IMG/VR virus record: IMGVR_UViG_3300042892_003674
DNA: 64,000 nt
Strand: one strand, 5' to 3'
Source of the DNA: a virus
Taxonomy: Duplodnaviria; Heunggongvirae; Uroviricota; Caudoviricetes
Each line of letters starts with the position of its first letter. Positions within the stretch are counted from its first letter, which is position 1. The notes below the pieces were generated by a model. The model saw only the letters and a program-made list of their open reading frames with translations. It did no database searches and was not told where the DNA came from. Made by a program: the position numbers and the translations under genes. Shown here piece after piece: positions 28,530 to 37,709 of the stretch.

Positions 28530-28687
28530 TAAAGTTCTTTCTCTTTGTTTCTATTATCAATAACAACTCTTTTACAACCATCACAAACAACGACTGGTCC
28601 TTCTTTTGTCATTACAACTTTTCTTAAACACTCTCCTTCACAGAAAGTAGTTCCAACTGGAGCGTATTTTCTTAATTCTTTATCCAT
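28529..28687 (-). CDS. 52-aa zinc-ribbon-like protein (not in ORF track)
   Basis: MDKELRKYAPVGTTFCEGECLRKVVMTKEGPVVVCDGCKRVVIDNRNKEKEL; TATATTTG promoter at 28702-28709; stop overlaps the next ATG. Confidence 0.7.
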   Translation of the reverse strand: MDKELRKYAPVGTTFCEGECLRKVVMTKEGPVVVCDGCKRVVIDNRNKEKEL

Positions 28688-28734
28688 ATTATAAATTTTT
28701 ACAAATATAAGAATAATTTATCAATATATAAAAT

Positions 28735-28974
28735 ATGGAGGATTTTTTATTGAAGAATGGATTTTTATATGTAAAAGATTTTGATGAATGGGAAAAGAAA
28801 ACATTCGAGGGTAAGATGATTGTTTTTAAGAGAAATTTAATTAGTAGATGGATATTATCATATGAAGATGGTGATAATTATTTACATGAATTAAAGTCTG
28901 GAAGTGAGGATGATGTGTTACTTTCAATTAAAGAATATGAGAGAGATAGAAAGATTAGAGAGATTTTAGGATAA
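28735..28974 (+). CDS. Small protein with C-terminal tag (RDRKIREIL)
   Basis: 79 aa ORF. Confidence 0.65.
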   Translation: MEDFLLKNGFLYVKDFDEWEKKTFEGKMIVFKRNLISRWILSYEDGDNYLHELKSGSEDDVLLSIKEYERDRKIREILG

Positions 28975-29024
28975 ACAAAGAAAAATTTTTTACTATATAT
29001 AAGACAAAAAATCAAGTTTTATAA

Positions 29025-30863
29025 ATGTCAATAGATAAAAAATACCAAAAACTCGATGATATATCTCACGTTATTGCTAGACCCGGAATGTATATCGGTT
29101 CTATTAAACCACACACTGCAACTAAATGGGTGTTAGATAACGACAAGATGGTTCAACAAGAACTAACTTACAATCCAGGATTTCTTAAAATTTTTGATGA
29201 GATTATTACAAACTCTGTCGATGAGAGTAAGAGAGCTGGTTCTAAACTAACTACCGTTAAGGTTACAATAAAAGATAATACTATCTCAATCTGGGATAAC
29301 GGTGGAATACCCGTAGTTAAACACACAGAACATAACGAATGGATTCCTGAAATGATTTTCTCAAATCTTAAATCTGGTTCTAACTTTGATGATACAGAAG
29401 AAAGATCTTGGGCAGGAACAAATGGTGTGGGTTCTACACTAACAAATATTTACTCTAATGAATTTATCATTTCTACTTGTGATGGTAAAAATCATTTCTA
29501 TCAAACTTATAAAAATAATATGAGAGATAGAGTTGAAGCAAAAATTAAAAAATCAAAAGTAGCTCATACTGAAATTACTTTTAAACCTGACTTTGAAAAG
29601 TTTGCACTAGATGGAATTGATCAAGATCACTTTAAAATGATTCAGAAAAGAATATATGATTTAGCGGCTTGTAATACACACTTAAAAATATATTTCAATA
29701 ATGATTTGGTAAACCTTAATTCATTTGAAGATTATATCAAGCTATATGTTACTGAATACTTTTATGAAACTAATAAAGATAAGACTTGGTCAATTGCAAT
29801 AGCTCTTTCAGAGAATGGATTTCAACAGATTAGTTTTGCTAACTCAACAGAAACTTATGATGGTGGAACTCACGTTGATTATATAATGAACCAAATTGTA
29901 GTAGAGTTAAGAGAGTTCTTTGTGAAGAAACATAAAGTCGATATAAAACCATCAGAGTTAAAGAGTCATATGTTTCTATTCTTGGATTCAACGGTTATCA
30001 ACCCTTCATTCTCTTCACAAACAAAAGAGAAACTTATTACAGAGGTAAAAGACTTTGGTTGTTCATTTGAAGTTAGTAAGAAGCTTACTCAATTGATTTT
30101 AAAATCGGAAATAGTAAATTCTATTTTAGATTGGATTCAACAAAAGAAAAGTGCTGATGATAATAAATTACAAAGAGAGTTAAATAAAAAACTATCTAAG
30201 ATTAAGGTTGAGAAACTAATTGATGCTAAAGGTAAAGATCGTTGGAAGTGTTCACTAGGATTGTTCGAGGGAGATTCTGCATCAGGTGCTTTTAGAAAGT
30301 ATAGGTCACCAGAAACAATGGGTGCGTTCTCTTTGAAAGGAAAGTTTATAAATGTATCTGAGATTACTAATCAAAAATTAGTTCAAAATACAGAAGCGGT
30401 AAACTTAATGGCGGCAATTGGTTTAAAATTAGGACAACAAATTGAGTTAAAACATCTAAGATATGGTAAGATACTTTTCTATACTGATGCTGATGTCGAT
30501 GGAAATAGTATTTCTGCGTTACTTATCAATTTCTTTTACAAGTATTGGCCAGAGATTTTTGATAGAGGAATGATTTACAAAGTTGAAACACCTATTGTTG
30601 TTGCGGTTCCAAAATCTAAGAAGGTTAAGAAGATACTTTTCTATACACAGACCGAGTATAATGAATGGGCCGATAAGAATGATCTTAAAAACTTTGAAAT
30701 TAAGTATAAGAAAGGTTTAGCTGCGTTAGTTGATGATGAGTATCAAGACATTATCAATAGCCCAAGAATGACTAAAATATCAAAAGATGAAATTTCAACT
30801 GAGTATTTAGATATATGGTTTGGTAAAAACGCAGATTTAAGAAAAACAGAATTATTAAAATAA
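29025..30863 (+). CDS. Type II DNA topoisomerase, ATPase/TOPRIM subunit (T4 gp39+60 / GyrB-like)
   Basis: RPGMYIGS, EII.NSVDE, DNGGIP, GTNGVG, EGDSA, LKGK, YTDADVDG, YKKGL. Confidence 0.93.
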   Translation: MSIDKKYQKLDDISHVIARPGMYIGSIKPHTATKWVLDNDKMVQQELTYNPGFLKIFDEIITNSVDESKRAGSKLTTVKVTIKDNTISIWDNGGIPVVKHTEHNEWIPEMIFSNLKSGSNFDDTEERSWAGTNGVGSTLTNIYSNEFIISTCDGKNHFYQTYKNNMRDRVEAKIKKSKVAHTEITFKPDFEKFALDGIDQDHFKMIQKRIYDLAACNTHLKIYFNNDLVNLNSFEDYIKLYVTEYFYETNKDKTWSIAIALSENGFQQISFANSTETYDGGTHVDYIMNQIVVELREFFVKKHKVDIKPSELKSHMFLFLDSTVINPSFSSQTKEKLITEVKDFGCSFEVSKKLTQLILKSEIVNSILDWIQQKKSADDNKLQRELNKKLSKIKVEKLIDAKGKDRWKCSLGLFEGDSASGAFRKYRSPETMGAFSLKGKFINVSEITNQKLVQNTEAVNLMAAIGLKLGQQIELKHLRYGKILFYTDADVDGNSISALLINFFYKYWPEIFDRGMIYKVETPIVVAVPKSKKVKKILFYTQTEYNEWADKNDLKNFEIKYKKGLAALVDDEYQDIINSPRMTKISKDEISTEYLDIWFGKNADLRKTELLK

Positions 30864-31112
30864 ATGGATATAATAATTAAATATCATGAAAAAACATCTG
30901 GTGAAAATCAGATGTTTCTTTTAGATTTAACTAAACATTATCAAATTGTGCCAATAAATACCCCACAATCAAAAGTAGATTTATCTAAATATGATGGTAA
31001 AATTGTTTATGGTATTTTTGAAGGATATGGACGTATTGATGGTAACTCTATTTTTATAATAGATACTTTACAAATAGATAGAGATTTAAAAATAAATGAG
31101 ATTTTAGAATAA
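30864..31112 (+). CDS. Small protein with C-terminal tag (RDLKINEIL)
   Basis: 82 aa ORF. Confidence 0.65.
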   Translation: MDIIIKYHEKTSGENQMFLLDLTKHYQIVPINTPQSKVDLSKYDGKIVYGIFEGYGRIDGNSIFIIDTLQIDRDLKINEILE

Positions 31113-31432
31113 TGAGAGATCGTGCCTGGAGAAGATATAAACAAGATGTGAAGTTGTTACAACGCCTTCATAATATTATATTTACCTATGGTTGGGGTCA
31201 TAAAGATGAGAATGGAGTATATCTCGTAAATCCCTCAATAAAAAGTTTTATAGGTTCTGATTTATATTGTAAGTTTAAAACACACACAACTGATAGACAC
31301 GACTCTCGTTATAAAACAAAATACTCACCAAATAAACAAAACTCTTACTACCGTGATAATAACAAAGATGGTAGAAGAGAATTAGATAAAGTTATTTTTT
31401 TTAAAATGTTAAAAGAATATGGAATTAAGTAA
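31112..31432 (+). CDS. Basic hypothetical protein
   Basis: 106 aa ORF. Confidence 0.6.
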   Translation: MRDRAWRRYKQDVKLLQRLHNIIFTYGWGHKDENGVYLVNPSIKSFIGSDLYCKFKTHTTDRHDSRYKTKYSPNKQNSYYRDNNKDGRRELDKVIFFKMLKEYGIK

Positions 31433-31940
31433 TCTAATACCAAATAAATCAGATGATTGGAATATAAAAAAAGGAACTCTTTTTTATAAGAAACTCCAAA
31501 ATATACCAATGGCTAAAATTGATGATGAGATAGTTTATGTTTTTTTAGAATGTTCTATACCAAGAGTAGTAATTGATTTAGTTAAACATCTTATGAAGAT
31601 TGGGGTAGAGTTTTACTTTCTACCACCATCTTGGTCACATCCAGCTACCATTATTGATAACTCTATTGTAATAAAACATTACTTCACATCTTATTCAAAA
31701 GACAAGTTTTTTATAGGTTTTAATAAGATAGGTTTTGATATGATGGGTAACCTAGTGAATTGGTGTAAGAAAGAAGATTGTATTCCTTTGATAAAAGAGA
31801 ATTATAATGAGATAAATAAAAAAGTTCAAAAGACTTATTACGATTGGTATGTGAATAAGGAAGTAAGTAGTTATTCTGATGATATAAGAGAAGAGTTTAG
31901 AACTTTATATCGTGATATACAAATCTCTATGATTTTATAA
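31419..31940 (+). CDS. Hypothetical protein, tag-like C-terminus (RDIQISMIL)
   Basis: 173 aa ORF. Confidence 0.65.
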   Translation: MELSNLIPNKSDDWNIKKGTLFYKKLQNIPMAKIDDEIVYVFLECSIPRVVIDLVKHLMKIGVEFYFLPPSWSHPATIIDNSIVIKHYFTSYSKDKFFIGFNKIGFDMMGNLVNWCKKEDCIPLIKENYNEINKKVQKTYYDWYVNKEVSSYSDDIREEFRTLYRDIQISMIL

Positions 31941-31984
31941 CTTATCGATTATTTTGAATATAAAGAAAAAATAACTAACTTAAA

Positions 31985-32365
31985 ATGGCTAAAAAATGGA
32001 CAACAAATACAACTGCTAATGCTAATACTTCAATCGGTACTTCAATCGGTTATGCAGCGGGTACTAATAATAATATAATAATGGCAAATGGAACTGTAGC
32101 CATAGGATCTGGAGTGTATTCTGGAACTTCTGCAACTATAACACCACAAAAAGTAACTTATCATGTATTAGGTGAAGATATAGAAGTAAGTGGCTACTAT
32201 GATACAAATCTTATTATGATTATAGCAACTTTAAATATATTAAAGAAACCTTATTATGATGAATTAAAAAAGAATAGGTTTAAATTTCCAGAAGAAATAG
32301 ACAATTGTTTAAGAATTGGATTCAGAGATAATTTAATTGATGATTTAATGAAACCTAATTTTTAA
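31985..32365 (+). CDS. Hypothetical protein with G/T/A/N-rich fibre-like N-terminus and tag-like C-terminus
   Basis: SIGTSIGYAAGTNNNII.ANGTVAIGSG ... FRDNLIDDLM. Confidence 0.6.
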   Translation: MAKKWTTNTTANANTSIGTSIGYAAGTNNNIIMANGTVAIGSGVYSGTSATITPQKVTYHVLGEDIEVSGYYDTNLIMIIATLNILKKPYYDELKKNRFKFPEEIDNCLRIGFRDNLIDDLMKPNF

Positions 32366-32747
32366 CCCTTTCTGGCCAGGTTTTATGAGTAAATCTTATA
32401 AGAAAAACATTTGGTACAAATCCTTGAGTAAATTGTTTATACTCTATTAAATAATCTGGATATTCTATTTTTACTTTTTTAACACACTCTTCAACATCTA
32501 AATATAGTTTTTGAGTTTCATATCCACAAGTAGTAAATGGTGTAATGTCTTGAAAGTATGAGTTTGCAAAATTCTTAACTTCTGGCATAGGTACATTAAA
32601 AGATAAATCTATTAGTTTGTCTGTTCCAAATCTTTCTAACTTACGAAAACGTTCACTCTCGATTAAATCGATGAAACACATTTCGATATACTCTACATCG
32701 ATTTTTTCAGTATTTGATTCTGTTATGAGCTTTTTTAAGTATTTCAT
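32355..32747 (-). CDS. Paralog-family protein with MKYLKKLITES motif
   Basis: YIEMCFIDL and CVKKVKIEYP shared with 56947..57438. Confidence 0.7.
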   Translation of the reverse strand: MKYLKKLITESNTEKIDVEYIEMCFIDLIESERFRKLERFGTDKLIDLSFNVPMPEVKNFANSYFQDITPFTTCGYETQKLYLDVEECVKKVKIEYPDYLIEYKQFTQGFVPNVFLIRFTHKTWPERVKN

Positions 32748-32818
32748 AACTTATATATTAAAAAGTCTTACAACATAAGTGTTATTTTCTATATAAATAA
32801 AAAATAAGATAAAACTAC

Positions 32819-33790
32819 ATGAGAGTAGATTTAGTAATTGATGGTAACTACATTTTAAGTAAGTTAGTTTTTACCCTACACAAACACAACTTACTTTTCG
32901 GTGGATTACACAAAGCATTAGAAGCAGCAGTTGGTAATTACAGAAAGTGGTACCCTTTCACAAATATTTATTTAGTATCAGATTCAAAAGAAAAATCTTG
33001 GAGAAAAGATTATACTGATAACTACAAAGGTACAAGAAAAAAAGATACTGACATTGACTGGAACTTTGTTTACACTGCTTATGACGAGTTTAAACAATCT
33101 TTAAAAGGTCAAATGATCGTATTAGAAGCACCAAAGGTGGAAGGAGATGACTGGATCAGCTACTTAGTTGAGAAAGCAAATGAAGAAGAAAGATGTGTTA
33201 TTATAGTTTCAAATGACTATGATATTAAACAACTAGTAAATTATCGTTTAAATCCACTAACAATAAACATAATGACGAATGAGATGTATAACAAAGAGAA
33301 GTTATTTCTACCTAGAAATTATCAAATCTTTGTCAATAAGGTTACTAAGCTTCCAAATGATGACATCTTTAATCTCAATGATAATACAGAGTTTTTATTA
33401 CTATTGAATAAGTTTATTGATAAGTATGAGATACACGAAATAAATCCTATTGAATCTTTAATTGTAAAGATTATTTCAGGTGACCAAAGTGATAACATTG
33501 GTTCAGTTTGGAGTGTTACCAAAAATGGTAAGAAAAGAGGAATTGGGGCAGCAGGCGCTCAAACAATTTATAATGAGTATATTTCTGAATTTGGTGAGGT
33601 TAGTTTAACTGATCCTGACTTATATGAAAACATTGCAGATTTAATTTGTGAGAAAAAGAAGTTAAGTAAAAATCAAATAGAACCAATTGTAACAAACATT
33701 GAAAAAAATGTAAAACTAATTGATTTAAGATTGATAAACTTACCAGATGAGATTATAGAGAAAATGAATCAAGTTTATAATAATAGATAA
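32819..33790 (+). CDS. rnh: 5'-3' exonuclease / T4 RNase H (FEN-like)
   Basis: IDGN, D...SWRK...YKGTR, EGDD, SNDYD..QL, GDQSDNI. Confidence 0.85.
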   Translation: MRVDLVIDGNYILSKLVFTLHKHNLLFGGLHKALEAAVGNYRKWYPFTNIYLVSDSKEKSWRKDYTDNYKGTRKKDTDIDWNFVYTAYDEFKQSLKGQMIVLEAPKVEGDDWISYLVEKANEEERCVIIVSNDYDIKQLVNYRLNPLTINIMTNEMYNKEKLFLPRNYQIFVNKVTKLPNDDIFNLNDNTEFLLLLNKFIDKYEIHEINPIESLIVKIISGDQSDNIGSVWSVTKNGKKRGIGAAGAQTIYNEYISEFGEVSLTDPDLYENIADLICEKKKLSKNQIEPIVTNIEKNVKLIDLRLINLPDEIIEKMNQVYNNR

Positions 33791-34176
33791 TGGCAGAATT
33801 GATAGACGTTTTTAACGCAATGATTAAAAGAGGTAATTGGGAAGCGATCACCGTTGAAGAAAAAGAAAAAAACTTTTTCATATTTAACAGGTACTTTTCG
33901 AAGAAGTACCCAGTACAAGCACAACTTTTAAACTTAAAAAACATAGATAAAGTAGTCGCTATGGAACTTTGGTATCAGTTTATGAAGAATGAACCTTATC
34001 CCAGTTATTTCTGGTCTAAAAGTGAGAAAAATGATAAACCGATACTTGCACCAAAGGATTACAAAATACTATTGGTGAGTTTAAAGATTAAACCAGATGA
34101 TTTAGATTACTTAATTGAGAAACATTTCGATTTCGTTAAAGAAGAATTATCATATCTAAAAAAAGTAAATACATAA
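33790..34176 (+). CDS. Probable sliding-clamp loader small subunit (T4 gp62-like)
   Basis: FIFNRYFS...A..LN...W..K pattern; sits next to rnh. Confidence 0.45.
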   Translation: MAELIDVFNAMIKRGNWEAITVEEKEKNFFIFNRYFSKKYPVQAQLLNLKNIDKVVAMELWYQFMKNEPYPSYFWSKSEKNDKPILAPKDYKILLVSLKIKPDDLDYLIEKHFDFVKEELSYLKKVNT

Positions 34177-34190
34177 AAATAAAATATAAT

Positions 34191-34745
34191 ATGAGTACAG
34201 AAGTTATAAATAAAACAGACATGAAGTGGTATGTAGTACGTACCCAGGGTAACCGTGAAAAATCAGTTGGAGAGCGTCTTACAAAAGAAGCTGAGAAAGG
34301 AGATCTTATAGGTAAAGTAGGACAAGTAATTGTACCACTTGAAAAGATTGTTTATCTTAAAGATGGTAAGAAAGTTCAAAAAGATAAAATTATGTTACCT
34401 GGTTATATCTTTATGGAAACGAATTCATTAGGAGAACTTAAATACTTTTTAAAAAGTGTTAAAGGTGTTGCTGGTTTCTTAACTGAAAGAAATGGTGATA
34501 TTAAATCTCTTACTGAAAATGAAGTAAATAGAATGATTGGTAGACATACAGAATCAATGAATAAAGAAACAACAATTACATTTATTGTTGGTGAAGAAGT
34601 TATGATCAACGAAGGACCATTTACTTCAATGAAAGCTACTATTGAGAAAATAGAAGACCAGAAAGTAACTCTAGCAGTTTCAATTTTCGGAAGAAAAACT
34701 CCATTGACTTTGGATTTACACCAGATTGATAAAATCCATGGATAA
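34191..34745 (+). CDS. nusG: Transcription termination/antitermination factor NusG
   Basis: WYVV...GNREK.V, LPGYIF, V.GFL, KOW GEEV.I.EGPF, VSIFGRKTP..L. Confidence 0.92.
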   Translation: MSTEVINKTDMKWYVVRTQGNREKSVGERLTKEAEKGDLIGKVGQVIVPLEKIVYLKDGKKVQKDKIMLPGYIFMETNSLGELKYFLKSVKGVAGFLTERNGDIKSLTENEVNRMIGRHTESMNKETTITFIVGEEVMINEGPFTSMKATIEKIEDQKVTLAVSIFGRKTPLTLDLHQIDKIHG

Positions 34746-34950
34746 TCGATCTTTAATTAGTAAGATAAACAAAGCAGCAAACGCAATTAGCAGATCTTCT
34801 ATAAGAGGTTCTGCTAATTATGTTGTTACATCAAAAGAAACTTATGAAGAGTTTCATAAGATATTAAGGAGACATAGAAGAGTTGAGAAAATTAAAAGAA
34901 TAATGAAATGGAAAAGAAAAAACAAGAAAGATACGATCAAGTATATCTAA
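34738..34950 (+). CDS. Small protein resembling a major-capsid fragment plus tag
   Basis: LISKINKAANAISRSSIRGSANYVVTS then RRVEKIKRIM. Confidence 0.55.
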   Translation: MDNRSLISKINKAANAISRSSIRGSANYVVTSKETYEEFHKILRRHRRVEKIKRIMKWKRKNKKDTIKYI

Positions 34951-35321
34951 ATATGGCTCATGAGTGGGCAACACTTTCACATTGTACAAGAAAACAAGTA
35001 GGTGCAATAATAGTTAAAAATGGTATGATAGTATCAGATGGTTACAATGGGACACCTACAGGGTTCGATAACTGTTGTGAGACGAATGATGAAACTAATT
35101 GGTTCGTTATTCACGCAGAAGCAAATGCTATCTTAAAATGTGCTAAACACGGTCAATCGTGTGATGGTGCTACATTATATCAAACACATTCTCCGTGTAG
35201 AGATTGTTCTAAATTAGTTCTTCAATCAGGAATTAAAAGATTAGTTTATCACGAAGATTATAAAGATATAACTGGTGTAGAGTTTTTAAGAGAAGCTGGA
35301 GTAGAAATAGTTAAAATATAA
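34908..35321 (+). CDS. dCMP deaminase
   Basis: GYNGTP, HAEANAI, SPCRDC. Confidence 0.92.
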   Translation: MEKKKQERYDQVYLNMAHEWATLSHCTRKQVGAIIVKNGMIVSDGYNGTPTGFDNCCETNDETNWFVIHAEANAILKCAKHGQSCDGATLYQTHSPCRDCSKLVLQSGIKRLVYHEDYKDITGVEFLREAGVEIVKI

Positions 35322-35785
35322 TGTATAGTAGAATTATAAACGGAATAAACCAAACTTATAAAGGTTCGTTAGTACCCATCGATAATTATTGTTTGGAAGG
35401 ATTAGTAGCCTTTGTAGAAAACTCACGATTACTTGGAGGAACTGGTATTACTGCTAAATTTGACTTATCATTATGGATGAATGATTTTCTTATTAAACAT
35501 GTTGATAAGATTTCTTATACTACTATAACACCAAGTTTTTCTATACAGAGTTTAGAAGATGGTAGACTAACTGAAAAAGTTATCGCAGTTAAAAGTATAA
35601 CATTCAATAGTGATGCTGAACTTGATGATTTCTTCGAAAATCAAATAGGTAAAAAACTAGTGGTATACACCATCGGTAAGTTTATTGATTTAAGTAATAT
35701 GGCAATTTCTTATGAGTTAAGATATGCTGATATAACTTTAAAAAGTGAACAAAGAGAAATTAAATTAAATAAAATACTACAATAA
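35321..35785 (+). CDS. Hypothetical protein with C-terminal tag (REIKLNKIL)
   Basis: 154 aa ORF. Confidence 0.65.
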   Translation: MYSRIINGINQTYKGSLVPIDNYCLEGLVAFVENSRLLGGTGITAKFDLSLWMNDFLIKHVDKISYTTITPSFSIQSLEDGRLTEKVIAVKSITFNSDAELDDFFENQIGKKLVVYTIGKFIDLSNMAISYELRYADITLKSEQREIKLNKILQ

Positions 35786-36252
35786 TGGAACTAATTACAA
35801 CAAGAGTATGTATGGCCTCACAGATAGGAGTACATGGAAATTTATTTGGTGGTGAAATGATGTCAATTTTAGACGAGTCCGCAGCAGTTTACTGCTGTCA
35901 GATTTGTGATACACCAAGAATGGTTACAAAGAAAATTGAAGAAGTAATTTTTCAAAGACCAGTTAAAACTGGTAACTTAATCAAAATTTATGGGAGTGTT
36001 GAAAGAATAGGTACTACATCTATTACAATAAATCTTGAAGCAAGAAAACATAATGTTTATACAGGAGTTCAAGATTTAGTTTGTTCAACTAAAATGGTAT
36101 TCGTTAGAATTGATGATGAAGGAGCACCAGTACCGATTTCAGAGAGAGTTAAGAAAAGATATGATGATAGAGTTAAATTGTTTGGTAGAGGATTACTAAC
36201 ACCAGAGGAAATGGTTATAGAGAGAAGTAAAAAGAAAAAAGAGGACAAATAG
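35785..36252 (+). CDS. Acyl-CoA thioesterase (hotdog fold, YciA-like)
   Basis: HGNLFGG.MM..LDE, F..PV..G, G.TS, VFV.IDD.G.P.PI. Confidence 0.85.
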   Translation: MELITTRVCMASQIGVHGNLFGGEMMSILDESAAVYCCQICDTPRMVTKKIEEVIFQRPVKTGNLIKIYGSVERIGTTSITINLEARKHNVYTGVQDLVCSTKMVFVRIDDEGAPVPISERVKKRYDDRVKLFGRGLLTPEEMVIERSKKKKEDK

Positions 36253-36261
36253 TCCTCTTTT
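36238..36261. terminator. Bidirectional terminator
   Basis: AAAGAGGAC-AAATA-GTCCTCTTT. Confidence 0.7.
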
Positions 36262-36262
36262 A

Positions 36263-36637
36263 TTATTTTGTTAAGTTTAGTAAACCTCTTTTTACTTGTG
36301 GTACACTAAGTTTGTATGATTTACCTTCAAACTCAGCTATGATTGGATAAGTTCTATTTCTCGTTTTGATGTCAGTGATAGTGAATGTTTTACCATTTAC
36401 TACAGTAAATCTACCGATAACATTACCATCAAATCCTAACATTTTAGAAGTATTATCATTTACAGTGATAACTCTTTCAGTGATAACTTTAGTTTTAACC
36501 GTCATTGTAGTGTTATACTTAGCACTATCATATCTACAAGAACCAAAAGAAATATCTACATTCTCTTCTCTTGCGATTTGAGCGATTGCTGCTTTGATTT
36601 TTGCTTGAACTGAATTGATTTTTGTTGAAGTTATCAT
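36263..36637 (-). CDS. Hypothetical early protein
   Basis: TATATTTG promoter at 36666-36673. Confidence 0.65.
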   Translation of the reverse strand: MITSTKINSVQAKIKAAIAQIAREENVDISFGSCRYDSAKYNTTMTVKTKVITERVITVNDNTSKMLGFDGNVIGRFTVVNGKTFTITDIKTRNRTYPIIAEFEGKSYKLSVPQVKRGLLNLTK

Positions 36638-36738
36638 ATGTCGTATTTGTTATTTGATTAGAGTACAAATATACGGTGATTATTTGATAATAAAAAAAAA
36701 CAAAGATATTTTTTTCAATATAATAAATAAATTTTATT

Positions 36739-37695
36739 ATGAACCTAAGGAATAAATTAGAAGATCAAATTAAACTAAATGGTGGTTGGGTAAATACACA
36801 TGCACATTTTGACAGAGCATTTTCATTAGATGAAGATTCTGTAAAGCATATTTACTCTGAATTACAAAAGAAGTGGTCAATTGTTGATACACTAAAACGA
36901 AGTTCCTCAGTTGAGGATATTTTTTTGCGTATGCAAAAGGCAACTGAACTAATGGTGTCTCAAGGATGTCAGGCATTTGGTAGTTTTATTGATGTTGATG
37001 AAGCTATTGAAGATAAGGCAATACTTGCGGCAGAAATGCTCAGAAGTAAATGGGATGATAAAATAAAGATGAAGTTTGTTAATCAAACACTTAAAGGTGT
37101 TATTGATAAGGATGCAAAATATTGGTTTGATAGATCACTTGATTTTGTAGATATTATTGGTGGTTTACCAGCAAAAGATTCTGGTAATGAAGAAAAACAT
37201 TTAGATATTATTTTACAAGCAGGTAAAAGATTAAATAAAAGAGTTCATGTTCATGTTGACCAATTCAATACTAGTCAAGAAAGTGAGACTGAATTACTTG
37301 CCAAGAAAACAATTCAATGGGGTATGGAAGGAATGGTAACTGCCATTCACTCAATATCAGTTGGTGCACATATTAAAGAAAAACGTCAAGACATTTATAG
37401 ATTAATGAAAGAAGCTAATTTAAGTGTTATCTCTTGTCCTATTGCTTGGATAGATCACCCAAGAACTGAGAGATTGGCACCAAGTCATAATTCTATAACA
37501 CCGGTAGATGAAATGATTGAATGGGGTATTAAAGTGGCAATCGGTACGGATAATATAAATGATGTTTATAAACCATTTGGTGATGGTGATATGTGGACAG
37601 AAATAAAGGTATTATTAGAAGCATGTAAGATTTACAATGTTGATGTTTTATCAGAGATTGCAACAAAAAATGGATTACAAGTTTTAGGACTATAA
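36739..37695 (+). CDS. Metal-dependent amidohydrolase (cytosine deaminase CodA-like)
   Basis: HAHFD, HVHVDQ, AIH, GTDN..D...PFG.GD. Confidence 0.8.
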   Translation: MNLRNKLEDQIKLNGGWVNTHAHFDRAFSLDEDSVKHIYSELQKKWSIVDTLKRSSSVEDIFLRMQKATELMVSQGCQAFGSFIDVDEAIEDKAILAAEMLRSKWDDKIKMKFVNQTLKGVIDKDAKYWFDRSLDFVDIIGGLPAKDSGNEEKHLDIILQAGKRLNKRVHVHVDQFNTSQESETELLAKKTIQWGMEGMVTAIHSISVGAHIKEKRQDIYRLMKEANLSVISCPIAWIDHPRTERLAPSHNSITPVDEMIEWGIKVAIGTDNINDVYKPFGDGDMWTEIKVLLEACKIYNVDVLSEIATKNGLQVLGL

Positions 37696-37709
37696 AAAAA
37701 AATTAAAAT

